Source: Macrostomum lignano (taxonomy: Eukaryota). Taken from it: a stretch of 64,000 bases of DNA. The stretch covers positions 98,072-162,071 of the forward strand of contig NIVC01001722.1 of the NCBI GenBank assembly GCA_002269645.1, written 5' to 3'. The position numbers and the translations under genes are program-made. This document shows positions 23,943 to 39,567 of this stretch, piece by piece. How positions within the stretch are numbered: position 1 is the stretch's first letter; each line of letters opens with the position of its first letter. The notes below the pieces were generated by a model, which was not told the DNA's origin, searched no databases, and saw only the letters and a program-made list of their open reading frames with translations.

Positions 23943-24256
23943 CCAATTCTCCCTCCTTCCTCTCTTGCCTTCTTGCCCTATTCTTACTACGGAATAGTAT
24001 TCTATTAATTACATGTCTTAGATTTTAATCATTTTGGCCCCATATATATACATTATTTTCAAGGGACACTTCACTGTTTCTTTTTCAACGGCTTCATCAA
24101 AATGACTATGTAAATTGAGCTAGCCCCGCGCACATTCGGTACATTTTAAGCAGTGGATACACTGCGGCATGCTGTGCTCAAATCACTCCAGCGATTGAAC
24201 TGGAGTTCCGTTTCCCCGTTGGCTCGGTGAACCAGCCGTACGTTTCCTCGTAATTA

Positions 24257-24562
24257 TTGGTTGCTGCATTGGTTGCCGATTCAAGTATTGGTTGTCGATT
24301 CAAGTATTGGTTGCCGATTCAAGTATTGGTTGCCGATTCAAGTATTGGTTGCCGATTCAAGTATTGGTTGCCGATTCAAGTATTGGTTGCCGATTCAAGT
24401 ATTGGTTGCCGATTCAAGTATTGGTTGCCGATTCAAGTATTGGTTGCCGATTCAAGTATTGGTTGCCGATTCAAGTATTGGTTGCCGATTCAAGTATTGG
24501 TTGCCGATTCAAGTATTGGTTGCCGATTCAAGTATTGGTTGCCGATTCAAGTATTGGTTGTC
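24257..24562. repeat. 19-bp minisatellite (ttggttgccgattcaagta)
   Basis: Directly visible, near-identical copies. Confidence 0.95.
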
Positions 24563-24764
24563 ACCTTCAACTGCCAAGCTGGCGGGCTGGGCTGTATTCA
24601 AATTCATTTCATAATCTAACACTTTCTGAATGACAACTTTCAACAATGGTTTTAATGGACTTGATCATTTTCTAATTTGGTATTTTCAAGATCATGTACG
24701 TTATGAATTACATTATAAATTGAGTACTGTCTCAATTTAGATAATTTCCTGTCTACTGTCTCAA

Positions 24765-25760
24765 TCTGTTACTTTTATAATCAGGTCCTTTCTTAATCAG
24801 ATACTTTCTTGATCAGGTACTTTCTTAATCAGGTACTTTCTTAATCAGGTACTTTATTGATCAGGTGCTTTCTTAATCAGATACTTTCTTGATCAGGTGC
24901 TTTCTTAATCAGGTACTTTCTTAATCAGGTACTTTCTTAATCAGGCATTTTCTCAATCAGGTACTTTCTTAATCAGGTACTTTATTGATCAGGTGCTTTC
25001 TTAATCAGATACTTTCTTGATCAGGTCCTTTCTTAATCAGATACTTTCTTAATCAGGTACTTTCTTAGTCAGGTACTTTCTTAATCAGGTACTTTCTTAG
25101 TCAGGTACTTTCTTAATCAGGTACTTTCTTAATCAGGTACTTTCTTGATCAGGTACTTTCTTGATCAGGTACTTTCTTAATCAAGTACTTTCTTAATCAG
25201 GTACTTTCTTAATCAGATACTTTCTTAATCAGGTACTTTCTTAATCAGGTACTTTCTTAATCAGGTACTTTCTTAATCAGGTACTTTATTGATCAGGTGC
25301 TTTCTTAATCAGATACTTTCTTAATCAGGTACTTTCTTAGTCAGGTACTTTCTTAATCAGGTACTTTCTTAGTCAGGTACTTTCTTAATCAGGTACTTTC
25401 TTAGTCAGGTACTTTCTTAATCAGGTACTTTCTTAATCAGGTACTTTCTTGATCAGGTACTTTCTTGATCAGGTACTTTCTTAATCAGGTACTTTCTTAA
25501 TCAGGTACTTTCTTAATCAGATACTTTCTTAATCAGGTACTTTCTTAATCAGGTACTTTCTTAATCAGGTACTTTCTTAATCAGGTACTTTATTGATCAG
25601 GTGCTTTCTTAATCAGATACTTTCTTAATCAGGTACTTTCTTAGTCAGGTACTTTCTTAATCAGGTACTTTCTTAGTCAGGTACTTTCTTAATCAGGTAC
25701 TTTCTTAATCAGGTACTTTCTTGATCAGGTACTTTCTTGATCAGGTATTTTCTTAGTCGC
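24765..25760. repeat. 16-bp minisatellite (tcaggtactttcttaa)
   Basis: Directly visible. Confidence 0.95.
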
Positions 25761-26549
25761 TTACCATACAGAATACTTGCTAAATTCAGTTCGAGTTTCT
25801 CAGCCGAGAATCCAACACGTCTTGATCCCTGCCACTGCCATTTGCCTCAGTTGCCATCCACAATCGAACTCACAAACGCCGACTGTCGAGTGCAATCGGG
25901 ATGCGGTAGTTCACCTGACAAATGACCCAACCTGAGCTTTTTCCCCTCAAAAGTCTGGCAGCTCATGAATACATAATGATGCCTGGCATGCGCTACCATC
26001 ATCTTCTTGACGGCTATCGCCAACAATGATCTCTCGGTTCTGAGAGGCGCGGACAGGTAATATTGTATGTCATCAATTAAAATCAAAATATATACAAACC
26101 CGCCTCTGCCGGGCTCCATCACCCCTAGGGGTAGGCGAGTTCGATGCTCGGTTGGCAACAAGAACTCGAAGCCTCCAGGTGAAAACCTATGGCTAATGTC
26201 TATTTTTTTCTCTCGATGGGTATCGCCTTGATTTTTCCCGCGCGCGCGCGCTTGTCAAGTGGGGTCGAGTCGGGGCGTCGGTGGGTTCTACATTTTTCAT
26301 CCAACGATTCTTCTTTCATAAATTCGAGCGAGATGTCTGCTAACCCCCCCCCCCGCTCGTCCCGCCCCCTTGCCGCCCCGCCTCAATTATCTCAGCTCTG
26401 CATCAATAATGTTGCTGTTTGGAGTGGCAAAGAGTTTACCCAAATTTTTTATTCTCTGCAGAATTCTGTCTGCATCATTTCTTATAGACATAACAGGACT
26501 GTTTTGTCTTTAGTTTCAATCATTCAATTCCCATTCGGTTTCTCCCTTT

Positions 26550-26935
26550 ATTTCTCATTTTATTCCCCATTCTATTTTTCATTCGATTGCTTATTCCATT
26601 TCTCATTATATTTCTTATTCTATTTCTCATTCTATTAGCTACTCCCTCTATTTATTACTCTATTTCTCACTCTACTTCTCATTTTATTTCCCACTCTATT
26701 TCTCATTCTATTTTCCCATTCTATTTCCCACTCTATTTCTCATTCTATTTCCCTATTCTGTTTCGCATTCAATTTCTCCATCTATTCCTCTTTTTATTTC
26801 TCATTCTATTTCTCATTCTATTCCTTATTCTATTCCTTATTCTATTTCCTCATTCTATTTCACATTCGATTTCTCCATATATTCCTCATTCTATTTCTCA
26901 TTCTACTTCCTCTTTTATTTCCCATTCCATTCGCC
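26550..26935. repeat. Degenerate ~12-bp pyrimidine-rich repeat (ctatttctcatt)
   Basis: Directly visible. Confidence 0.85.
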
Positions 26936-27379
26936 ACACGGATATCAGATTCCAGCTACTTTTTTGTCGCACAGCCTCCGTTATTGTTCGCCCCAGCATC
27001 CTCATTCAGTTCCTATTCTCGAAGGCGGGCGCGACCAGCCAATATAAGATCAGCTTTGTGCGTGCAGATCGAGGCGCCTCGTGCCCACCTGCACAGCACT
27101 GGACCGCAGCTTTGGTGCCAGTTTAGGCTTCATTGCGGCTGCGTGCGCTCCAACCCGCCGGTCTGGAACGCCATCCGTGCCCCTGACTGCTCCTGGTCAC
27201 GGCTGGCTGGCTCGATCGGCCTCGCCAATTGATGTCCATAGGAAGTATTTATGGCCAGTGTAGTCTAACTTTTCTCTTCCTTCAGGCGGTGTTCGACTGT
27301 CTTGCTGTTGCACCTTGGGTATCAGGTTGCATGCTGAGTGCCTGACCAGGCTCTGCTTCAGAAAGTCTGATTTTCTTAT

Positions 27380-28955
<1,576 letters not shown>

Positions 28956-29449
28956 TAAAGCAACATGTGACAAGTCTGTCGCTGCTAAGCAGTGCTGTGG
29001 AGCCAGACAATGTGCACTGTAACTGCCTGCCAGTCATATGACAGTTAGGCTTGACCTCAACTCAACACGCAGGAATCGCGAGTGATTGACAAGTATAGCG
29101 GGACAGCTCGAGTTTTAATTATTTCGACGGACATGTACCTGAGGAACAGCAGAGTTTATTTCACGCGGCGTCCCGCAGCGACAGATGAAGTTATTGAATA
29201 CTTAATTGATATTACAACAACAGCAATTGGCGCTGGTCCCTATCATAAATACACCACAAGCTGCATAAGCGTGTGATGGATTTGACAAAAGCTCAGTCTC
29301 TGGGACACTCGCTGTCTATGTCTTGAAGCTGCGAACTTCTTTATAAAGAATTTACTATGCTACATATGAGTATGGCACTGTGTTAAATAAAACTTAGAAA
29401 TTTATTGCATAGTATAGTAGGATAATCATACGCAAAAAGAATCTCTATC

Positions 29450-30649
29450 ATGTCCAGTGTACATGCGGATGCCGAAGACGGCTCTAACACCGCGGCCCGC
29501 CAGCAGCCGCAGCACCTGGTGTTCGTGTACGGCACCCTGAAGTCCGGCCAGCCTAATAACGCACGCCTGCTTGAGTACATGGACTCGGATATTAGTGTCG
29601 TTGGCAAGGCCGTCACCAGGTACCCATACCCGCTGGTGCTGGCCACTGACTACAATGTGCCCTTCCTGATTAACGAGATCTGCTACACGGCCAAGGTATT
29701 TTTTACGGTTTGATGGACAGGTAGCTATGCAGATAGGTAGATAGGTTGATAGATTGATACACTCGATTGATAGTGGGGCGGAGCAGCGGTGAACGCGTCT
29801 GACTCTCGTCTAACGACCCCTGGTTCGATTCCATGAGGCCCCATGAGGCCAACCCCCATTGCACAGAGTGTACGTGCCTGACGATTAGAAAGTCAGGGCT
29901 GCTGTACACTCTGTGTGAGCGGTGTATGAATGCGTGTCTGCATATGTATTGGCGCGGCGGTACAATGTTGCGGTGTCAAAGGCGTTGAGCCCGGGTTGCC
30001 TACAACACTTATGCGAGTTACAATAGATTGGTAGATTAAGTGATTGATATTCTTTACTTTTGGATTGATTCAGAGATTGATAAGTGTCTGACAAAACCAA
30101 ATTTAGCATCAATCGATGGCGTTCCGAGTTATCATTCACTTTGGCTGATGCATACAATCTATGTGCGATATTTATTTACTCTTACTTTCTCGAGTTGGCT
30201 ACTTTAAGTAGAAGAATGCGATCCGGTTTTTACTATCGAATAATTGCCAGAGAGTGAGCGGCGAGCTATTCAGCGTCTCCAGCCACGCGTTGGCCTTCCT
30301 CGACTACGTCGAGTCCACGCCCACGCTCTACTGCCGCGAGCGCATCGAGGTGGACCTTCAGATCGCGACCGCTGCTGATCCGCCAGACGACGTTGCTAGT
30401 TCGGCAGAAACCGGCCAGCCGGGCAAACAGCCTTCGGAGCTCATGGACTCGGCGGCGTCCGTTGAATCCCGCTGGTGCTGGTGCTACTTCCTGGCGCATC
30501 ATAATCCCAGTCTGGTGGCGCCGCCGTTTTATAGCGAGTACGACAGCGCCAAGACCCCGATGAGGCTCAACATCCAGTCGCTGACTCCGCAAGATGAGGA
30601 ACAGATAAAACGCGTCATCGCCAAGGAGGTGCAGATCATGCCGATGTGA
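29450..30649 (+). CDS. GGACT: Gamma-glutamylamine cyclotransferase-like (GGCT/AIG2 fold); exons 29450-29695 and 30251-30649 (214 aa)
   Basis: LVFVYGTLKSGQPN, AVTRYPYPLV..VPFL, RVSGELFSV..LAFLDYVE..PTLYCR. The aag|gtattt to ccag|aga intron is phase 0. Confidence 0.85.
29775..29990 (+). mobile_element. tRNA-derived SINE (family A) in the GGACT intron
   Basis: A-box-like ggagcagcggt, B-box ggttcgattcc (29822-29832); core gcacagagtgtacgtgcctgacgattagaaagtcagggctgctgtacac shared with 40186-40260. Confidence 0.75.
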
Positions 30650-32909
30650 AACCTGATTTGCGCTTTTAGCACGCTGAGCTGAAGGTTTATGTTTCATTGT
30701 ACCTTAGGGTATAATATAGTGTTTTAAATTTCTATAGCTTTACAGTAATTTTTGCGAATTGTGAATTTCATACAAGGTGAACGTTAATAACTAGAACAGA
30801 AAGAATAAAACAACGCTGCAACGCAGCTGGCACAAACAGCTGTAATTATCGCTGATGTGTCTTAGAGTGAAAAATAATGACTTAAAGAAACCACTAGAAT
30901 TGGCAGCTACTAAAGTGGCAGCTATTTTTACGAGGGGTTTTCAACTGCATGAAAATTACACAAATGAATATCGAGCGCGGCTCGATCTAGTCAAGGAGAG
31001 CAACTTTACAGCTGCTTGAGCTGAACCACGTCAGTGATTTTTAGTAGCTGTTTTTCACACATTTATCATAATATTTATTTTGCCACACAGAATGATAAAA
31101 AATCAAGTCAAAGTGGCCCGTAAAAGCTAAACTATCAAATTTATATTTGTTTTTAAAAACGCCTCGCATAAAATGCAGTGCAAAAATTACAATCGTTTAA
31201 CGTTATCAATTTTCTTACAAGTAAAAAAAAATATTCAAACAAATAGCCATTATAAGTTAACTTTGCATTAAAACGAACATCTGACAATACAACTAATTGA
31301 GGATATAAAAATCAATTGAATGACGAGAAGTTATGAAACTGATAAATCAAAGCTTGCGGGTTTTTAAAACTATTTATGTTTAAATAATAACAAACACTTT
31401 TTTATTCAGTTAATAAAGCTTGTTTCTGGTATGCAAAAAGCAACATTTATTTTAGTTGAACTTCATATTTGCAAACTAAAACGCATGTATGTAAATATTT
31501 TAGATTATTTTTGTAAATTTGAAAGACATTTTGCTGCAAAATGCCAGCTATAATTGCGAAGTAAGTACATGCGTTAGTGGGGTCAGTGCTAAGATGCTTT
31601 ACAAAGATATTTTTTATGATTTTGTTTTCATTGGAAGATTTATTTGACTAACTGTTTTAATGCTAAAAATCCTGAAATCTAATGCAACTAGTGGATTTTA
31701 AGCAGAATTATCGGTCTTGCTCGCTAATCATGAGTTTACAACAGAACATGGTGTCGCCGAGTCGGTTATGGCAATGGCTAGAGTTCCGGCACCGGAACCC
31801 GTTTTCTAACGGCTATGGATCCGGCAGTGCCATTATAATATAGACAGAACATTATATTTTTCTTTCTACAGGTGGCTGATATTGAGATTTTGTTCTAGAT
31901 ATCAAGACGATATGATAAGATTCGAAACAAGATGCTATAGATACTAGACTAGAATCAGGTCAATCAGATTCAGACTCAGTCTCAGTTATTAAAAAGGCAT
32001 GTCAATGAAGTTATATAGACAATAGGTACAACAATAATCCTGTATATGTAAACCTAAGCTCACGAGTATAAGTCTGTGGCCATATAGTATGTCTGATAAA
32101 TAGAAACAATTTTATTGATTAGAAAATTTTATTTTGCCATGGCATTGTTTGCATTATGAATAGCTTTGCCTATGTTATGTAATTATTTTATGATTTATTA
32201 CCATTTGCTAGTTAATGGTTGTTTGAGGGTTTTTAATATATAATATAATTCTCTTCTATTGACCAAATTAAATTTTTAACCTTAAATTATATAAACCAGG
32301 CCTAGGCCTATGCCTAATTTAATCAATATCCCTAGACTAAGAGGGTCAATTTTTTGTTTTTGATAATTGATAATATAAGAATATTGGCTTATTGTAGCTA
32401 AGAAACTTAGAAAGGAAGGTATCCAGATAGAAAAAAATAGACATTCCATTAGCTTATATGACAATGGCACTAGTGCTAGGCCTAACTATAATTTAAGCAA
32501 GTAACATAAGGTAGAAGTATAGATTGGGCTTATCTAGTTCCTAATCTTGCTAGTGCTATTTGCTACCTATCTTTGGACATGGTAGGCCTACTAGTACTTA
32601 TAAAGTTGCAATCTGGTCACTTGGCAGCCTTGGTTTTAGAAGGGCTAGCACTGGCATTGGTATTGCCACTGCTATAAGCCATTAGTACCATAGTCCAGAT
32701 CATGCTAGGTGCATGCCCAAATAAAAATTCAATATCTATAAATGAATACTAAAAAAATGGAATGCATGCCTATTTTCAAAACTATGCTGGTATTGCGACA
32801 ATAAAATTACCTTTTATTTTGTGACAAGAAAATTACCTTTTATATTGTGACAATAAATTAGGGCCTGACCTTTTTTGAATTGCATAATGGATCCATTAAT
32901 AGATAATTT

Positions 32910-33215
32910 GGTATATTTTTTCTACTTCATAATCACTTTTCCACATGATTCTATATAGTGTATACCAAGTATACTATTTTGTTAAGAGTGGTCCATGCCA
33001 ATTGTGCATGCCTACTTTTGGTATGCAAGGCCAATGCCACACTTTGGATCATGTAGTATATGCCCAAAAATTCGGGCATGCATTGGCCTTTCACACTAAA
33101 ATTAGGCGTGCACAGTTGGCGTGCAATCACTCCTAAGAAAATAGTATGTGTACACACCTGGTATGCACTTTATAGAATCATGCGTAAGAGTTATTGTGAA
33201 GTTAAAAAAGATGAA
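32910..33215. mobile_element. Fold-back MITE-like element, ~300 bp imperfect inverted repeat
   Basis: 32925-33040 is roughly 80% identical to the reverse complement of 33080-33205; many differences are CG-to-TG/CA type. Confidence 0.7.
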
Positions 33216-34028
33216 AAAAAGTTATTTTTAAGCGCAAATTTCAAGCTTTCTAGTTTTTTCAAGCTTGTAAAAGAGCATTTAAACAAATCTCTATGTGAAT
33301 AAATTTTCTACTGTAAATATTGCCAAAGTATCGCCAAAAAAGAATAAAAAGCAACCAAATTATCTGGTAATAAGGGTCTATAATAAGGGTCTATTACGCA
33401 ATTTAAAAAAGGTCTTTTATTGTCATAATGTAAAAAAAAGTCATTTAATGTTGCAACACTAGTAATTTTTGAGAATGGGCATGCACAACATTTTTTGGTG
33501 TGCATTTGTAATTATTAAATTTTTGTTAGGGTATGCACCTAGCATGATCCAGACTATGGGGCCAATGCACATCTAAATTTTCTGATGTATATTATGATCC
33601 AGAGTGTAGCATTAGCAGAGTGAATATTGTCAATTCTAGCATTTGGAATTTTGGATGGGATGGATAGTGTTTGATCATTGATAGATTTTAAAATGTCATG
33701 AGTTACTAGAAAGATTTACTAATCTTAATTGCTAAATTGTTTGGATTATAATATTTTATTATATAGTTTTTAACTTTTTAAATTTTAAAATGTTATAAAA
33801 ATAAAAGGTCAATCTATCACTAAAATAATGAAATTGATTGAATCACTAACATTGATTACCTTTTTAGTATTTACTTTAGTCTTTTCTATTAGAACTATTA
33901 TTATTAAAGTAACACTTTGTTATCCTAACCATTAATCATATTTTTGACACTTATTCTATTACTTTATCAGCTATGGTATAAATATATACACTTTGCTATC
34001 TACTCTTTAGACATTATCATATATTTTT

Positions 34029-34200
34029 TACATGCTTGGGCGCAACCTAGGGATTCACCCGGCCGTTTCTATTGGCAACACACACACGTAAGTCGCTATT
34101 GGACAGAATAGTAGTCACGTGACTGCTCTCAGCCAATAGCGACTTACATATGTGTGTTGCCAATAGAAACGGCCGGGTGATTCTCAAGGTTGCGCATGTA
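34029..34200. mobile_element. Young palindromic TA-flanked MITE, ~170 bp
   Basis: Near-perfect inverted arms (cacccggccgtttctattggcaacacaca..gtaagtcgctattgg) centred on gtcacgtgac (34114-34123). Confidence 0.8.
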
Positions 34201-35294
34201 TGATTTTTTACATGAAACACTTAGCTATGTGTAACTTTGTTAGCCAATTTATATCAATAGTCATAAGAGGCCACACTTACTACACCTAAATGCATATAAC
34301 TTTTTATATATAGGATAAAAACTTAAGACATATATGTATATTACTATGCCATAGCTTAGCTGACAATGCTATCATTGTTAAAATATGTGCTTGCTATTTT
34401 TTACTAATTGGTTATTGGCAAAATCTGCAGGTGTCTTATATTTTCACTTTAACCCATAGTTTGGATTGTGTATTAGTGTATACTAGGTCTATTGGGGAAA
34501 AATACAGGACCTTGTTTGTACACTAGGACTAAGATGCTTTTATTAAATAATCATGCACTTTTGCAATGTTCATAAAGAGAAAACAATTATAAAAAAAATT
34601 TTATACTTCTTATTCACTGAAAATTTAAGAAAAATAAGATTTTTAGGGCATGAAAATTGATTTTTTTATTATTATTCCTTGTTCCTATTGACAATGTTAC
34701 ATGTAGCATATCTTTATTAAGTCACTTTAATTTTTTTGTAGATACTACCATAGATGTAAGCCAAAAATTTTCCACTGTGTCATGTATGCCAGAATGTATG
34801 CTGATGTATGCTGAAAAATGGCAAGTACCCTTGTACACCAAGAAATCCTGGCATATATGTTGCCTTCCAAACTGTGAACTTCAACTAGCTATATCTTCAT
34901 CTAGCTATAGCTTCTTATACATCATAGTTATAAAGAAATTCTGAGAATGTTCTCAGTTCTCTGAGAAATGCACATCTTCCTATGTGCACTTTCTCTTGGA
35001 TCTACTACTAGGATGGTTGGTTGGTCAAAGCATACCCTATGCCTTTTTTAACCTAGATTGTACCCCAATTTCTCTAAGTAGTGCAAAGGCATAGACCTTA
35101 GTCAACTAAATCAATTGCAGATCCAATAAACTGTCTTGAAATTATGTCTTTGAATATTTACTCATGAAATTAATTTTAGTTTTTATTGCTTAATTTAAGT
35201 AAATAAGCAATAAATACAACTATCTAGTGTTAAAACTTAACCCATTGTGCCAAGAAAAGTATCTAAATATATCAAAACCTGATTAACCGCAGCA

Positions 35295-35657
35295 ATGGCT
35301 CCGCGTCGGGAAAAGAAAAAGAGCGCCCTGAAGGACGTTGTCACCCGCGAGTACACCATCAACCTGCACAAGCGCATTCACGGCATCGGTTTCAAGCGCC
35401 GGGCGCCGCGCGCAATGACGGAGATTCGCAAATTCGCGGAGAGAATGATGGGCACCCCGGACGTGCGGCTGGACACCAGGCTGAACAAGTTCGTGTGGAG
35501 CCAGGGCGTCCGCAACGTGCCGTTCCGCGTCCGGGTCCGCCTGGCCAGGAAGCGCAATGAGGACGAGGACAGCGCGCACAAGCTGTACACCTTGGTCACC
35601 TACGTGCCCTGCACCGAGTTCAAGGGCAAGCAGACCATCAATGTGGAAGGAGAATAG
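35295..35657 (+). CDS. RPL31: 60S ribosomal protein eL31 (120 aa, single coding exon)
   Basis: [73 protein letters not shown]. Confidence 0.98.
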   Translation: MAPRREKKKSALKDVVTREYTINLHKRIHGIGFKRRAPRAMTEIRKFAERMMGTPDVRLDTRLNKFVWSQGVRNVPFRVRVRLARKRNEDEDSAHKLYTLVTYVPCTEFKGKQTINVEGE

Positions 35658-35894
35658 TCGGCTAAATTAGAATCTGTCACCTGGTTCAACTGACGCTTCG
35701 CGTGATTTTAGTTGCTAAGCAGTTTCATTAGTGACCCTTATCGTTAATACACTGCCGGACCTGTGTTGCGGATTGTTAAAGTCCGAATTGGATTGAAATT
35801 ATTGTACGGCTTTGACCTCATTTATTTCCTATGCGACTAATTCTTTTTGTTGATAGTTAGCGATTAACTGATGCAGCAGTTTGTTGAGACTCTG

Positions 35895-36855
35895 CTATTT
35901 TATCCCAATCACCCTCTCCCGTTGCCCATTTATCCCCATCACTGCCTCCCGTTGCCCATTTATCCCCATCACTGCCTCCCGTTGCCCATTTATCCCCATC
36001 ACTGTCTCCCGTTGCCCATTTATCCCCATCACTGTCTCCCGTTGCCCATTTATCCCCATCACAGCCTCCCGTTGCCCATTTATCCCCATCACTGCCTCCC
36101 GTTGCCCATTTATCCCCATCACTGTCTCCCGTTGCCCATTTATCCCCATCACAGCCTCCCGTTGCCCATTTATCCCCATCACTGTCTCCCGTTGCCCATT
36201 TATCCCCATCACAGCCTCCCGTTGCCCATTTATCCCCATCACTGCCTCCCGTTGCCCATTTATCCCCATCACTGTCTCCCGTTGCCCATTTATCCCGATC
36301 ACAGCCTCCTTTGATTATGTATCCCCATCACAGCCTCCCTTTGACGATTTATCACCATCACTGCCTCCCGTGGCCCATTTATCCCCATTGTCTCCATAGT
36401 CCCATTTATCCCTATCACAGCCTCCTTTGCCATTCTGCCATATCCCATTGCATTTTGCCACGTCTCATTACTGCCTCCCTATTCCCGTTTATCCCCATCT
36501 CAGCCTCCCTAATCCCGTTTATCCCCATCTCAGCTATCCACTCCGTTTATCCCCATCTCAGCCTCCCTAATCCCGTTTATCCCCATCTCAGCCCCTTACT
36601 CCCGTTTATCCCCATCTCAGCCCCTTACTCCCGTTTATCCCCATCTCAGCCTCCCTAATCCCGTTTATCCCCATCTCAGCCTCCCTACTCCCGTTTATCC
36701 CCATCGCAGCCTCCCTACTCCCGTTTATCCCCATCTCAGCCTCCCTACTCCCGTTTATCCCCATCTCAGCCTCCCTACTCCCGTTTATCCCCATCTTAGC
36801 CTCCCTACTCCCGTTTATCCCCATCTCAGCCCCTTACTCCCGTTTATCCCCGAGT
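35895..36855. repeat. Two related 30-bp minisatellites (ccatttatccccatcactgcctcccgttgc; ccgtttatccccatctcagcctccctactc) between RPL31 and RPS21
   Basis: Directly visible. Confidence 0.95.
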
Positions 36856-36865
36856 CTCCCACGCC

Positions 36866-36920
36866 CCGGAAGTCAGCCGCACCAAATATGGCCCGGGATT
36901 TCCTCTCACCTTTGCAGCCG
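36866..36920 (+). promoter_or_regulatory. Ribosomal-protein-type promoter motifs (ETS/GABP-like, YY1-like, pyrimidine tract) upstream of RPS21
   Basis: ccggaagt (36866-36873), aaatatggc (36884-36892), ttcctctcacctttgcag (TCT/TOP-like start or splice acceptor). Confidence 0.45.
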
Positions 36921-36947
36921 CAATCGTTCAAGCAGCCCATAGCAACA

Positions 36948-37205
36948 ATGGAGCACTCATTTATCCCACGCAAATGCGACGCGACCCAGCGCATCATCGG
37001 GCCGAAGGACCACGCCTCCATCCAGCTGGCCTTCGCCGAGTTGAACGCTGACGGCCGCATGACCGGCGGCAAGAAGGTGTTCAACATCAGCGGCGACGTG
37101 CGGCGACGCGGCGAGAGCGACATGTCTCTGAATGTGCTGACTAGCGAGCGAGGCATCACCGCCCCGTTCCTGCTCAAGCTGGACGAGACCAACCGCACGG
37201 CCTGA
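36948..37205 (+). CDS. RPS21: Divergent 40S ribosomal protein eS21 (85 aa from ATG 36948; in-frame upstream ATG at 36888)
   Basis: IPRKC....RII..KDHASIQ, GRMTG, RRRGESD are eS21 motifs. Confidence 0.9.
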   Translation: MEHSFIPRKCDATQRIIGPKDHASIQLAFAELNADGRMTGGKKVFNISGDVRRRGESDMSLNVLTSERGITAPFLLKLDETNRTA

Positions 37206-37429
37206 GCATTGTGGCTGATGAACTCAAGACTGACAGACTTCTGTCATTGTCTAACGAGATGCTTTAGTAGTTTAACAACTTGAATGCGTTTGGTGTGAAA
37301 ATAAAAGCACTGAAGGGTTTCTCAATGCGCTGATTCTTTGTGCGGATTACCGTGGATTAATGACGGTGTCTGAGTCTTGATTGCTTTTTCTAATTAGATT
37401 CTAGATTTAGGATTTTATAAAATTAGATT

Positions 37430-37855
37430 TTTCTCATTTGGTTTTACAATCCCCAAATTTTCAAAATCTCAAGCTGCTGGATTTTTTAATCCCTAAATTT
37501 CCCAAATCCCATTCTTTTAAATCCATAAATTTTCCAAATTATCCATCCTTTTAAACCCTTAAAATTCCTCACACCCCATCCTTTTAAGTCGCTAAAATTC
37601 CCAAATTTCCCAAATTCCTATTCTTTTAAATCCCAAATTTCCCAAATCTCTATCCTTTTAAATCCCAAATTTCCCAAATCTCTATCCTTTTAAATCCCAA
37701 ATTTCCCAAATTCCTATTCTTTTAAATCCCAAATTTCCCAAATCTCTATCCTTTTAAATCCCAAATTTCCCAAATCTCTATCCTTTTAAATCCCAAATTT
37801 CCCAAATCTCTATCCTTTTAAATCCCGAATTTCCCAAATCTCTATCCCCTTCAAT
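37430..37855. repeat. ~32-bp minisatellite (ttttaaatcccaaatttcccaaatctctatcc)
   Basis: Directly visible. Confidence 0.9.
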
Positions 37856-38149
37856 TCCAAAGGGCCTGTCAACTTAAGCTCATAAAGTGGAGCCCGAGTA
37901 ACCTATGTACACAAATAATATGTCATTCGGCTCATAGTGACACCAGGAAGCTGATTTTTGGCAAAAGAGCAACAAAAATCAGACCGGGGATATGGGAGAA
38001 CAAGCAAGAGGATAAGAAGGCAGACTTTTCGGCCCACTTTTCTTTTCCTATCGCATAACAATCCAGCGAAATTCGATAGTTGCTTACTGAAATCTGAGGT
38101 CAGTAGGATTGCTTGAACATGACAAGCTAAAATTACGCTCAGCAAATAA

Positions 38150-39567
<1,418 letters not shown>

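Noticed and set aside
23476-24028. GC-rich ORFs near the (CCCCTCTT)n tract as a separate gene
   Set aside because: No recognisable domain and partly repeat-derived; might be a non-coding 5' exon but unsupported.
25847-27300. Short ORFs and splice-like sites upstream of the GATA tract
   Set aside because: No consistent reading frame or homology could be assembled; possibly UTR exons.
29775-29845. tRNA gene
   Set aside because: A and B boxes are present but the acceptor and anticodon stems do not pair fully, and it continues into a dispersed SINE body.
30929-31170. Possible mariner-type MITE (tacgagggg ... gcctcgcata)
   Set aside because: The inverted match is too short and imperfect to support.
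36888-36947. 20-aa N-terminal extension of eS21 from ATG 36888
   Set aside because: No eS21 similarity, and it overlaps promoter or acceptor-like motifs; ATG 36948 is more plausible.
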